This document shows, one piece after another, positions 39,398-49,237 of a DNA stretch of 64,000 nucleotides. The notes beneath the pieces were generated by a model. The model did no database searches, was not told the origin of the DNA, and saw only the letters and a list, made by a program, of their open reading frames with translations. Positions within the stretch are counted from its first letter, which is position 1; the number at the start of each line of letters is the position of its first letter. Origin of the DNA: a bacterium (lineage in GTDB: Bacteria > Zhuqueibacterota > Zhuqueibacteria > Zhuqueibacterales > Zhuqueibacteraceae); assembly GCA_044869275.1 (NCBI GenBank), contig JBIOXB010000239.1, forward strand, positions 1 to 64,000, given 5' to 3'. Made by a program: the position numbers and the translations under genes.

Positions 39398-41116
39398 ATG
39401 AACGAAAAAAAACTCAGAAGCCAAGAATGGTTCGGCGGGAATGATAAGATGGGTTTCGTCCATCGTTCCTGGCTGCGGAACCAGGGCTATCCCGACGATC
39501 ATTTTCGCGGCCGGCCGGTCATTGGAATTTGCAATACCTGGTCGGAGCTGACGCCGTGCAACGGCCACTTGCGGGATTTTGCCGAGATCGTGAAAAAGGG
39601 CGTGCTGGAAGCGGGCGGATTTCCATTGGAATTTCCGGTGACCTCCTTGGGCGAAACCATCATGCGCCCCACGACCATGTTGTTCCGCAATCTTGTCAGC
39701 ATGGACGTGGAAGAGTCGATACGCGCCAACCCGCTGGATGGCGTCGTGCTTTTAACGGGTTGTGACAAGACCACGCCGTCGACCTTGATGGGTGCATGCA
39801 GCGTCGATTTGCCCACGCTCGTCGTGCCAGGCGGCCCGATGCTCAATGGCCGCTTCAGGGGAGATTGTATCGGCTCCGGTTCGTTTAGCTGGATGATCAA
39901 GACGAAGCAAAAGACGGAAGGATTCTCCGCGGAAGATTTGTTGGAAGCCGAAATCTGCGCGGCGCGCAGCAACGGGCATTGCAACACCATGGGAACCGCT
40001 TCAACCATGGCCACAATGGTGGAAGCCTTGGGATTGACTCTTCCCGGCGCCTCGGCCATTCCAGCGGTGGACGCGAGGAAGAAGGTCATCGCGCAACTTT
40101 CGGGCCGTCGCATCGTGGAGATGGTTCGTGACGATTTAAGATTGTCCCACATTCTGACCAGAAACGCGTTTGAGAATGCGATTGTCGTCAATGCGGCAGT
40201 GGGCGGCTCCACCAACTTGATCATTCACTTGTTGGCAATTGCAGGCAGGATTGGGGTAAAACTAAACCTCGAAGATTTCGACAAAATCGGCAGCAAAATT
40301 CCGTTATTGGTCAACTTGATGCCCTCGGGAAAATTCCTGATGGAGGATTTCTTTTATGCCGGTGGTTTGCCGGTGGTGATCAAAGAGCTGGGAGAGCGTC
40401 TGCATCAGGAGGCGATAACCGTTAACGGAAAAACGCTGGGGGAGAACAATGCCGGTGCCAAATGTTTCAACCGCGAGGTCATCGCCAGCATCGACAAACC
40501 GCTGCAGCCGGAAGCGGGCATTGCCGTGCTCAAGGGAAATCTGTGCGAAAATGGCGCCGTGATTAAGCCCTCGGCAGCAACGCCGGCATTGATGAAACAC
40601 CGTGGCCGCGCCGTGGTGTTTGAAAGCATGGAGGATTATCACGCACGCATCGATGACGCTGATTTGGACATCGACGAATCGTGCGTCATCGTGCTCAAAG
40701 GAGTCGGCCCGAAAGGTTATCCCGGCATGCCGGAAGTGGGCAATGTCGATCTTCCCGAGAAATTGCTGGTAAAAGGTGTGAAGGATATGGTCCGCATCTC
40801 GGACGGGAGAATGAGCGGCACGGCCTATGGAACTGTGGTATTACACATTTCGCCGGAATCCTCCATAGGTGGCGTGCTTGCCTTGGTAAGAAATGGCGAC
40901 TTCATCGAATTGGACGTCGCCAATCGCAAGCTGCATCTCGAGGTCTCGGATGAAGAGCTGCATAGACGCAAAGCTTCATGGTTGCCTCCCGCGCCGCATG
41001 CGAACCGAGGTTATGTGCGCATCTACCTGGAACACGTGCAGCAAGCCGACCAAGGAGCTGACCTGGAGGTATTGATAGGAAAATCAGGCGCTGTGGTGAA
41101 AGGGGATTTGCACTGA
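39398..41116 (+). CDS. IlvD/Edd family sugar-acid dehydratase (probable L-arabinonate/D-xylonate dehydratase)
   Basis: NTWSELTPCN, GCDKT, GHCNTMGTASTM, GGSTN, GPKGYPGMPE, SDGRMSGT. Confidence 0.9.
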   Translation: MNEKKLRSQEWFGGNDKMGFVHRSWLRNQGYPDDHFRGRPVIGICNTWSELTPCNGHLRDFAEIVKKGVLEAGGFPLEFPVTSLGETIMRPTTMLFRNLVSMDVEESIRANPLDGVVLLTGCDKTTPSTLMGACSVDLPTLVVPGGPMLNGRFRGDCIGSGSFSWMIKTKQKTEGFSAEDLLEAEICAARSNGHCNTMGTASTMATMVEALGLTLPGASAIPAVDARKKVIAQLSGRRIVEMVRDDLRLSHILTRNAFENAIVVNAAVGGSTNLIIHLLAIAGRIGVKLNLEDFDKIGSKIPLLVNLMPSGKFLMEDFFYAGGLPVVIKELGERLHQEAITVNGKTLGENNAGAKCFNREVIASIDKPLQPEAGIAVLKGNLCENGAVIKPSAATPALMKHRGRAVVFESMEDYHARIDDADLDIDESCVIVLKGVGPKGYPGMPEVGNVDLPEKLLVKGVKDMVRISDGRMSGTAYGTVVLHISPESSIGGVLALVRNGDFIELDVANRKLHLEVSDEELHRRKASWLPPAPHANRGYVRIYLEHVQQADQGADLEVLIGKSGAVVKGDLH

Positions 41117-41140
41117 TTCGTCAGCCCGATCGAAAAAACC

Positions 41141-41203
41141 GTCGTGGTGCCTTTAGGCACAAACCGTCTTGAGCATCGTGACCCTAAAGGGTCCACTACA
41201 AAC
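41141..41203. repeat. GTAG-type REP-like doublet
   Basis: GTCGTGGTGCCTTTAGGCAC ... GACCCTAAAGGGTCCACTACAAAC; each arm is itself a hairpin. Confidence 0.7.
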
Positions 41204-41215
41204 GCGATTTTGAGA

Positions 41216-42052
41216 TTGAAGCTCTACAAGATAAAAAACGGCGTCGTCATTGAAAAAGATCACGGTTTTCACCTGTTGCAAGGCGAAAATTGGGATGACT
41301 TCGTCAATGATGACCATCTCCTTGGCAAACTCGCCGAAATCACGCGAGCGGTTGACCCGATACGCAATGGCCGGCAACTCTTGAGCTCACTTTTGGAAGC
41401 GCCCATCCAGTCGCAAGAACTATGGGCAAGCGGCGTAACCTATTTCCGCAGCAAGCAAGGCCGACAAAAGGAGTCCAAGGAAGCCGGAGGCGGTGAGTTC
41501 TATGCGCGCGTCTATGAAGCCGAACGCCCGGAGTTGTTTTTCAAAGCAACGCCTCATCGCGTCGTGGGTTCCGGCGGCAAAGTAAGAATCCGCCAGGACT
41601 CCACCTGGAATGTTCCGGAACCCGAGCTCACTTTCATGATCACCTCGAGCGGCAAAATTGTCGGTTATACCATCGGCAATGACATGAGCTCGAGAAGTAT
41701 CGAGGGTGAGAATCCGCTTTATTTGCCGCAAGCGAAAACGTATGACGGCTGTGCCGCCCTAGGCCCTTGCATTTACGTCAGCGAGGAACCCGTATCCGCA
41801 AACACCGTGGTGCACATGGAAATCCGAAGAAACGGTGCACAAGTTTTTGTGGGCAGCGTGGAGATAAAGCAAATGAAAAGGAAGCCGGAGGAATTAATCT
41901 CCTATCTGTACCGCGAGTGTTCTTTTCCCCACGGCAGCTTGTTAATGACCGGAACCGGCATCGTGCCGCAGAATGACTTCACTCTGGAAAGCGGTGACGA
42001 AATTTGCATTACCATCTCGCCGATCGGCACACTGGTGAATATTGTAGGGTGA
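41216..42052 (+). CDS. fumarylacetoacetate hydrolase family protein (probable 2-keto-3-deoxy-pentonate dehydratase)
   Basis: WASGVTY.RS, RPELFFK, WNVPEPEL, GNDMSSRSIEGENPLYLPQAK, LMTGTG. Start re-assigned to TTG 41216, after the REP. Confidence 0.85.
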   Translation: MKLYKIKNGVVIEKDHGFHLLQGENWDDFVNDDHLLGKLAEITRAVDPIRNGRQLLSSLLEAPIQSQELWASGVTYFRSKQGRQKESKEAGGGEFYARVYEAERPELFFKATPHRVVGSGGKVRIRQDSTWNVPEPELTFMITSSGKIVGYTIGNDMSSRSIEGENPLYLPQAKTYDGCAALGPCIYVSEEPVSANTVVHMEIRRNGAQVFVGSVEIKQMKRKPEELISYLYRECSFPHGSLLMTGTGIVPQNDFTLESGDEICITISPIGTLVNIVG

Positions 42053-42067
42053 AGCGCAGGAGCAGTC

Positions 42068-44620
42068 ATGAAAAGGCGTGGGTTCATCAAGTACACTGCT
42101 GTCACCGCAGGCGCTATGAACTTCACTTGGAATGTGTCCAGATTGATTCTTCTCATTCTACTGAGTGTTTCATTGACTGGCTTCAGCCAACCACTGGAGG
42201 CTAAGGCCGATCTCAGGCTGAATGACCTCGATTACTTTGAAACGCGCGGGCTCAATATGCTGGTTTTCAGCAATTGGTACAATGGCCTGTTCAGCGATTC
42301 CAAAATGAGCGGCATCGAAATTATTCATCACGAAGTGCGAACGGCAACCAACGGCGACGTGCGTCTAAACTCAACGCCCGAGCAATGGGATCCCATTCCT
42401 GAGTTCGTAGAACGCAAAGTGGATAAGGAGAACAACAGTATTGCAGCTTTTTTGAAATACCCTGCTTATGATTTCAATTACATGATAAAAGCCGAAGCGG
42501 ACGACGGCGGGCTGCTTCTGAGTGTCAATCTCGAAAAGCCGCTCCCTCGGGAACTCGAGGGCCGTGCCGGATTTAATCTGGAATTCTTGCCCTCGGCCTA
42601 TTTCAAGAAAGCATACCTGATGGACGGTAGTAGCGGCATCTTTCCGCTCTACCCCGGCGGGCCAATGGCAGTGGATAAATCGGGTATGGTTGAGCCAAAG
42701 CCGATGGCGACCGGCAAGACGCTCGTGCTCGCGCCTGAAGATCCGGCGCGACTTGTTACGATCAAAGCCAGCGATGGCGAGCTATTGTTATTTGATGGAC
42801 GCAACAAGGCGCAGAATGGCTGGTATGTCGTGCGCAGCCTTATTCCCTCCGGTAGATCCGGAAAAGTTGTTGAATGGTTTCTCGCCGCCAACACGATTTC
42901 CAATTGGACGCGGCCGCCGATGATCGCGCATTCGCAACTCGGGTATCATCCCCTTCAAAAGAAAATCGCGGTCATCGAGCTCGACAAGAATGATCATCCG
43001 CCCAAAACGGCTCGCCTCCTGCAAGTGGCCGAGAATGGCGCGTTTGTTGAAAAATATCATGGGGAGATAAAGCATTGGGGCAAGTACCTTCGGTACAATT
43101 ATTCGACTTTTGATTTCACCTCGGTAAACGAAGCTGGGATGTACCTTATTGAATATGGCGAGCAGCGCACCAAACCGTTCAGAATTGCAGTAGACGTTTA
43201 TGCAAATGCCTGGCACCCGACACTCGATGTGTTTTTCCCGGTGCAAATGGATCACGTCTTCGTCAATGAAGCTTATCGGGTCTGGCATGGCGCGTCGCAT
43301 CTGGATGATGCTTTGCAGGCACCGGTGAATCATGAGCATTTCGACTTGTATGCTCAAGGTCCCACCACCGACTCGCCTTACCAGCCGGGAGAGCACATTC
43401 CGGGTCTGGAGGTCGGCGGCTGGTTCGATGCCGGCGATTTTGATATTCGTACTCAAACGCACTATGCCGCCGTCCTGAGCATGGTCCAAACTTGGGAGAG
43501 CTTTCGCCCGGACAGAGACGAGACGAGCATTGCTCAGAAAACACGTTATGTGGATATTCATCACCCGGATGGCAAGCCCGACTTGCTTCAGCAAATTGAG
43601 CACGGCACGCTCGCGCTCATCGCTCAGCACCGGGCTGTGGGGCACGCCATTCCCGGCATCGTTGAGGCTCATCTCTCACAGTACACCCATCTTGGTGATG
43701 CATTAACCAAGACTGATAATCTGGTTTACAATTCCAAGCTCGACAGCCTAGAATCCAATGGCTCCTATAGCGGCACATTCGACGATAGATGGGCATTCAC
43801 CAGCAAATCAACTCCATTGAATTATGGTTCTATTGCTGCACTAGCTGCGGCCAGCCGGGCTTTGCGCGGGTACAATGATGTGCTGGCTGATGAATGTCTG
43901 GTCACTGCGAAAAAAACATGGGAGGAAGAACACAGCCATGCACCGGATTTATTTCATCACGGCAATACCACCGGAGGGCAACTGGAAGATGAGGAGCTAA
44001 AGGCGGCGGTGGAATTGTTGATTTGCACCAAAGAGGTCAAATATGCAAAAAGGATAAATGCGTTGTGGCCGCACATTGAAAAACAATTCAGCCGTTTGGC
44101 TGCTCTTGCCGTGCGCGCCATGCCTTATATGGAGGCAGCATACTCAAGAAAAATGGAGACTCTGGTGAAGGCATACAAAAATGAACTCGACCAGTATCCT
44201 AAACAGAATCCTTTTGGCGTCCCCATCTCAACCGGCGGCTGGGCTGGAAGCGGCTGGGTGGTTGGGTTTGCCAATACCAATTACCTTTTGCACAAAGCTT
44301 TTCCCAATATCATTGATCCTGACTACACTCTGCGCGGGTTGAATTATATTTATGGCTGCCATCCGGGTTCGAATGTTTCTTTCGTGTCGGCGGTTGGCAC
44401 CGATTCAAAAATGGTAGCCTACGGGAACAACCGGGCGGATTATTCATTTATCGCCGGTGGTGTCGTTCCCGGGGTTCTTATTTTAGCACCGAATTTTCCC
44501 GAAAACAAAGAGGACTGGCCCTTTTTGTGGGGAGAGAATGAATACGTTATCGGGCTGGCGGCGAATTACATTTTTCTGGCAAATGCGGTGAACGATTTGC
44601 TGAATGAAACATCGAGATGA
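42068..44620 (+). CDS. GH9-like glycoside hydrolase with N-terminal beta domains
   Basis: SQLGYHP, GGWFDAGDFD, YIYGCHP, WGENEY; helical catalytic region. Confidence 0.8.
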   Translation: MKRRGFIKYTAVTAGAMNFTWNVSRLILLILLSVSLTGFSQPLEAKADLRLNDLDYFETRGLNMLVFSNWYNGLFSDSKMSGIEIIHHEVRTATNGDVRLNSTPEQWDPIPEFVERKVDKENNSIAAFLKYPAYDFNYMIKAEADDGGLLLSVNLEKPLPRELEGRAGFNLEFLPSAYFKKAYLMDGSSGIFPLYPGGPMAVDKSGMVEPKPMATGKTLVLAPEDPARLVTIKASDGELLLFDGRNKAQNGWYVVRSLIPSGRSGKVVEWFLAANTISNWTRPPMIAHSQLGYHPLQKKIAVIELDKNDHPPKTARLLQVAENGAFVEKYHGEIKHWGKYLRYNYSTFDFTSVNEAGMYLIEYGEQRTKPFRIAVDVYANAWHPTLDVFFPVQMDHVFVNEAYRVWHGASHLDDALQAPVNHEHFDLYAQGPTTDSPYQPGEHIPGLEVGGWFDAGDFDIRTQTHYAAVLSMVQTWESFRPDRDETSIAQKTRYVDIHHPDGKPDLLQQIEHGTLALIAQHRAVGHAIPGIVEAHLSQYTHLGDALTKTDNLVYNSKLDSLESNGSYSGTFDDRWAFTSKSTPLNYGSIAALAAASRALRGYNDVLADECLVTAKKTWEEEHSHAPDLFHHGNTTGGQLEDEELKAAVELLICTKEVKYAKRINALWPHIEKQFSRLAALAVRAMPYMEAAYSRKMETLVKAYKNELDQYPKQNPFGVPISTGGWAGSGWVVGFANTNYLLHKAFPNIIDPDYTLRGLNYIYGCHPGSNVSFVSAVGTDSKMVAYGNNRADYSFIAGGVVPGVLILAPNFPENKEDWPFLWGENEYVIGLAANYIFLANAVNDLLNETSR

Positions 44621-44673
44621 ATCGGCGCTTTTTATTCACACTTATTTTATACGGTAAGCTGAGAGTCACGATA

Positions 44674-44774
44674 GCGGCAGAAGACAACACTTCGATCGCG
44701 CCACTTCGATGTTTGAGCGGTTTGAGAAACGTTGGCAGCAGGCAAACTGAATATTTTGCTTTTCAATGATAATA
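44674..44774 (+). pseudogene. degenerate, internally deleted copy of the 3' end of the bicupin coding region (39104-39381)
   Basis: AGAAGACAACACTTCGATCGCGCCAC matches 39109-39134; ACTGAATATTTTGCTTTTCAATG matches 39352-39374 with one mismatch; the intervening ~175 bp is absent. Confidence 0.85.
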
Positions 44775-44880
44775 ATTTCTGGCAATAGCAGCCAGTGATT
44801 CGTTGCATAAGAACAGTTTGCCTTTCAAAGCATGACGTAATACGTAAGCAACGTTGATGAAACAGTCATCTGGATTGAAT

Positions 44881-45864
44881 ATGGAATATCGTGAACTCGG
44901 ACGCACCGGATGGCAGGTATCCACAATCAGCTTCGGCGCGTGGGCAATTGGCGGCACCTGGGGCACTGTGGATGATGGCGAGTCAATGGCGGCGCTGCAT
45001 CGTGCCCTTGATGGAGGCGTGAACTTCTTCGACACCGCTGATGTGTATGGCGACGGGCGGAGCGAGCGCTTGCTGGCGAGGCTTCGCCGGGAACGGCCAG
45101 AAAAGTTCTACCTCGCCACAAAAGCTGGGCGCCGGCTCGCCCCCCATATTGCCGGAGGATACACCCGTCAGAATCTTGTCGCATTTGTCGAACGCAGCCT
45201 GAAGAACTTGGAGGCGGAGGCCATTGATCTATTGCAGCTGCACTGTCCTCCCACTGAGGTTTATTACATGCCTGAAGTGTTTGGTGTGCTGGATGATCTG
45301 GCAACCGCCGGCAAGCTGCGTCACTACGGGGTGAGCGTGGAGAAAGTCGAAGAAGCCCTGAAAGCCCTCGAGTATCCGGGCGTACAGTCGGTGCAAATCA
45401 TCTTCAATATCTTTCGGCAACGGCCGGCGGATCTCTTCTTCCAAGAGGCGCAACGCCGCCGCGTCGGGATTCTGGCGAGATTGCCGCTCTCCTCGGGTCT
45501 ATTGAGCGGCAAATTCACACATACCAGCACTTTTGCTCCGGATGATCATCGCGCCTTCAACCGGCATGGGGAATCGTTTGATCGCGGCGAGACATTTTCC
45601 GGGCTGGGTTATGAAGTGGGCCTGCGGGCGGTCGAAGCATTGCGCGCGCTGGTGCCGCCCGAGGGGACAATGGCGCAGATGGCACTTCGCTGGATCTTAA
45701 TGTTTTCTGCGGTAACGTGCGCCATTCCGGGAGCCAAACGTCCGGCGCAGGTGGAAGAGAACCTCAAGGCTGCCAACTTGCCGCCGCTTTCAGAGGCAAC
45801 GATGGCAGGAATAGGTGAGGTCTACAATCAATATGCACGCCCGCATGTACATCAATATTGGTAA
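44881..45864 (+). CDS. aldo/keto reductase
   Basis: MEYRELGRTG, FFDTADVYG, YLATK, DLLQLH, GVS, AIPGAK. Confidence 0.92.
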   Translation: MEYRELGRTGWQVSTISFGAWAIGGTWGTVDDGESMAALHRALDGGVNFFDTADVYGDGRSERLLARLRRERPEKFYLATKAGRRLAPHIAGGYTRQNLVAFVERSLKNLEAEAIDLLQLHCPPTEVYYMPEVFGVLDDLATAGKLRHYGVSVEKVEEALKALEYPGVQSVQIIFNIFRQRPADLFFQEAQRRRVGILARLPLSSGLLSGKFTHTSTFAPDDHRAFNRHGESFDRGETFSGLGYEVGLRAVEALRALVPPEGTMAQMALRWILMFSAVTCAIPGAKRPAQVEENLKAANLPPLSEATMAGIGEVYNQYARPHVHQYW

Positions 45865-45944
45865 TGATGCGTGCAAAGCGTCACAAAACGTTTCCCGATC
45901 AAATAGAAACAAAAGTATCCAACACACTTTCAATGTATCTCATC

Positions 45945-46607
45945 ATGAAATCAACTTCTCGAATGGTTTACTGTCATGCTGGTGGGCTTGGCAAAACGAC
46001 CGTCCTACTTCTGCTCTTCGTTCTTTGTTCAGATACGACTTATGCGCAGGGAAATAGCAGCAGGAACGTTGCCACACCTCCGCAACGAGTGGAAATTCCG
46101 AACACGCAATTGCTGAAGATTACTTCCGCCATGGTCGCGCAGGAGTATGATCTTTATATCCCTCTGCCGCGAGGCTACGGCAGTAGCAAGGATTCATACC
46201 CCGTGGTTTATCTTCTGGATGCGCAATGGGATTTTCCCTTAGTCACCGCCATTTTCGGCCAGCAATTCTACGATGGAGTTTCCGGTTTTCAGAAATTCGC
46301 GGATCATTTGAAAGCACGGAATTACCAGGGACTATCGCTGCAAACCAGGGTATTGGAAAACACCGGACATTCCGGAACAAAAGCCGAAGGCTATACCAGA
46401 GGGCTGCAGGCCGTATTCGCACGGCCTTCTTTAAACCTTGCTCCCGCAATCCTGGCGCAATACGTTGGCGCCTACCAACTCAACCCTGAGGTCAAAATCA
46501 ACGTTGCGATGGAAAACGATCATCTTGTCGCACAGGGCCCAGACAACATGAGATTTGTGCTGCACACCGAGACTGAAACGGGACGATTCACACGAGAGAG
46601 GAGTTAA
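45945..46607 (+). pseudogene. IroE-like alpha/beta-hydrolase with an apparent in-frame internal deletion of the catalytic core
   Basis: QEYDLYIPLP..Y...YPVVYLLDAQW start and VLENTGHS end of the fold are only ~45 aa apart; no GxSxG motif. Confidence 0.65.
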
Positions 46608-46614
46608 GCCACAT

Positions 46615-47376
46615 ATGGCAGATTTGTATAAAGACCTAAATGATAAGAATGTCCTGGTGACGGGGGGTGCCAGCGGGCTCGGTTACGCCATCGCGAGCGC
46701 ATTCGCAATGCAGCAAGCCAACGTTGTCATCGTCGGCAGAAACAGGCAAAAACTCACGCTCGTCAAGAACGAATTGGGCGAGAAAGTGAGCGCCATTGTC
46801 TTTGATCTCAACGAGATCGCCAAGCTGCCCGAGTTGATGGGCCAGATTGCGGAAGCCGTGGGCACGATTGACATTCTGGTCAATAATGCTGGCATCAATT
46901 CAAAGAAGGACGCTTTGCATGTTTCGAATCAAGAGTATCAGGATATCATACAAACGAACCAGACGGCCGTGTTTGCGCTCACGCGCGAAGTCGCAAAATC
47001 CATGATGGCGCGGGGCGCCGGCAGCATCATCATGATCAGCTCCATGGCCTCGCAATATGGCATCCCCAAAGTCATCAGTTACACCGCCTCCAAATCCGCG
47101 GTCGAAGGCATGACGCGGGCGCTGGCGGTGGAATGGGCAGCTAACGGGATTCGGGTCAATTGCATCGCGCCTGGTTTTATTAAGACAGCGATGTCCTCGA
47201 AGGCTCTGAATGACGATCCGGAGAGAAAAAAAAGAGTGCTGGCTCGCACGCCCATGGGGAAATTGGGTGAGCCCGACGACGTGGCCAATGCCGCGTTGTT
47301 TTTAGCTTCGGCACAGGCAAAATATGTCACGGGCATCGTGCTGCCCGTCGATGGCGGCAATTCGATCGGATTCTAA
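46615..47376 (+). CDS. SDR family oxidoreductase (sugar/sugar-acid dehydrogenase-like)
   Basis: TGGASGLG, NNAG, YTASK, IRVNCIAPG; GAGGAG RBS. Confidence 0.92.
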   Translation: MADLYKDLNDKNVLVTGGASGLGYAIASAFAMQQANVVIVGRNRQKLTLVKNELGEKVSAIVFDLNEIAKLPELMGQIAEAVGTIDILVNNAGINSKKDALHVSNQEYQDIIQTNQTAVFALTREVAKSMMARGAGSIIMISSMASQYGIPKVISYTASKSAVEGMTRALAVEWAANGIRVNCIAPGFIKTAMSSKALNDDPERKKRVLARTPMGKLGEPDDVANAALFLASAQAKYVTGIVLPVDGGNSIGF

Positions 47377-47418
47377 CATAACCCGAACAAGCCAGAAACC
47401 CATCCCGGCTTATTCGCG

Positions 47419-47493
47419 ACAAAGCCCAAAATCCAAAGCACAAAATCCAAAGGTAGTTTTGTGCTTTGTGCTTTGGACTTTGAATTTCTTTGT
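47419..47493. repeat. heptamer-periodic inverted repeat, same family as 13263-13330
   Basis: ACAAAGCCCAAAATCCAAAGCACAAAATCCAAA ... TTTTGTGCTTTGTGCTTTGGACTTTGAATTTCTTTGT. Confidence 0.8.
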
Positions 47494-47538
47494 CAAGAAA
47501 GCCCAGATTTAACTTTTAACGCAATAACGGATCAAACT

Positions 47539-49107
47539 ATGAGCTTACTTTTTGCCGGACTCGATGTTTCCACGCAAAGCTGCAAATTAGTCGTGATCGA
47601 CACCACCTCGAACAAGGTTGTTTTTGTCGCGTCGATAAATTACGACGACGATCTGCCGCACTACGGCACTTTGAACGGCGTTAAGCAGGGATTGCCGAAA
47701 GGCGTCTCGGAATCAGATCCGAGAATGTGGATCGAGGCCGTGGAAGGGGTTTTTGCGAAATTGCAGACCTCCGGCGTTCCGACGGCAGACCTGAAGTGCA
47801 TTTCCATTTCAGGCCAACAGCACGGCTTGGTTAGCCTGGATAAGCAAGGCCTGCTCACGCGCCCCAGCAGCAAACTCTGGAATGATTATTCAACTTTGGA
47901 AGAATGCGAGGTTTTGACAGAGAAGATCGGCGGCCTCAGTGCCATGATCCAAGAAGTGGGAAACAGCCAGCGCACCGGCTACACCGCGGCCAAGATTTTT
48001 CATATGGTGCGGCATGAGCCGGAGATCTACGCCAAATCCTCCACCTTTTTTCTGGTGCACAATTACATCAACTTCTATCTTACCGGGGGCGTGCGTGTGA
48101 TGGAGCCCGGCGATTTGTCCGGCATGGCGCTATGGAATCCCAAAACGGCGCAGTGGTCGCAGCGGGTACTGCAGGCTATTGCACCGGAACTGCATCAAAA
48201 ACTTCCGGAAGTGAAACCTGCTGACGCCACGATCGGCAACATCTCTGCGGATTTGGCAGCGCGCTTCGGATTCTCACCAGACTGTAAAATAGACGCCGGC
48301 AGCGGCGACAATATGTACGGGGCGATTGGCACCGGCAATGTGCGCGAAGGCCTCGTCACCATCAGTCTCGGCACCAGCGGCACGGCTTACTGTTTTATGC
48401 CGAAACCCTTTATCGATCCGACTGGCGAAATTGCGGCTTTCTGCGACAGCACCGGCCATTACTTGCCCCTGCTTTGCGTCTCCAATCTGGCCAATGGCTA
48501 CGATGCGCTGCTCGCGCAATACGGGATGAGCCACAGTACATTCAACGCCATTATCAAACAGACTAAGCCCGGCAATGATGGCCGCTTGCTCGTGCCCTGG
48601 TACGTCGGAGAAAGGACGCCGGATGTCCCTCTCGCCGCTCCGGTTTATTTCGGTTTCGCGCTGGAAGATTTCACCAAAGAGCATCTTAGCCGGGCAGTGT
48701 TGGAAGGTCACATTCTGAATCTTTATGATGGATTTCGCCGCATGCCGGTTGCGGCGAAAGAAATCCGCCTCACGGGCGGACTCGCAAAATCCGAGGCGTG
48801 GTGTCAAACCATTGCCGATATCTTTGAAGCCGAAACAATTCCGGTCGAGGGCGAAGGCGCGGCCCTGGGCGCGGCGGTGCACGCCGCATGGGTCTGGAAA
48901 AGGGAAAACGAAGAAACAGAAGTTTCTCTGGCAGAGCTAGCCAAAGCTTTTGTCGTTTTACAAGAAGACCGGCGCCGGAGACCTATTCCTGCACATGTCG
49001 AAGTTCATCGTCTGCAAAAACGCCTATTCACTTCCCTTAGCGCGCGTGTGCGAGGCGCCGACACAGCGGATGATCCATTCGCTTTGAGAATGAAGTTGCT
49101 GGCTTAA
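47539..49107 (+). CDS. xylB: FGGY family carbohydrate kinase, probable xylulokinase
   Basis: GLDVSTQS, SGQQHG, GSGDNM, SLGTSGT, GERTP, LTGG. Confidence 0.8.
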   Translation: MSLLFAGLDVSTQSCKLVVIDTTSNKVVFVASINYDDDLPHYGTLNGVKQGLPKGVSESDPRMWIEAVEGVFAKLQTSGVPTADLKCISISGQQHGLVSLDKQGLLTRPSSKLWNDYSTLEECEVLTEKIGGLSAMIQEVGNSQRTGYTAAKIFHMVRHEPEIYAKSSTFFLVHNYINFYLTGGVRVMEPGDLSGMALWNPKTAQWSQRVLQAIAPELHQKLPEVKPADATIGNISADLAARFGFSPDCKIDAGSGDNMYGAIGTGNVREGLVTISLGTSGTAYCFMPKPFIDPTGEIAAFCDSTGHYLPLLCVSNLANGYDALLAQYGMSHSTFNAIIKQTKPGNDGRLLVPWYVGERTPDVPLAAPVYFGFALEDFTKEHLSRAVLEGHILNLYDGFRRMPVAAKEIRLTGGLAKSEAWCQTIADIFEAETIPVEGEGAALGAAVHAAWVWKRENEETEVSLAELAKAFVVLQEDRRRRPIPAHVEVHRLQKRLFTSLSARVRGADTADDPFALRMKLLA

Positions 49108-49237
49108 TGTTACAACAATTTAATCAAATTTCAGGCTAAATCCCGGCGATCTTGCTTGACTTTTCGATTAATTGTTCGGACTTAATGGCGATTTATCATT
49201 GCTATAAGAACACCTTAAACTAAGATGGGTATCTTTT

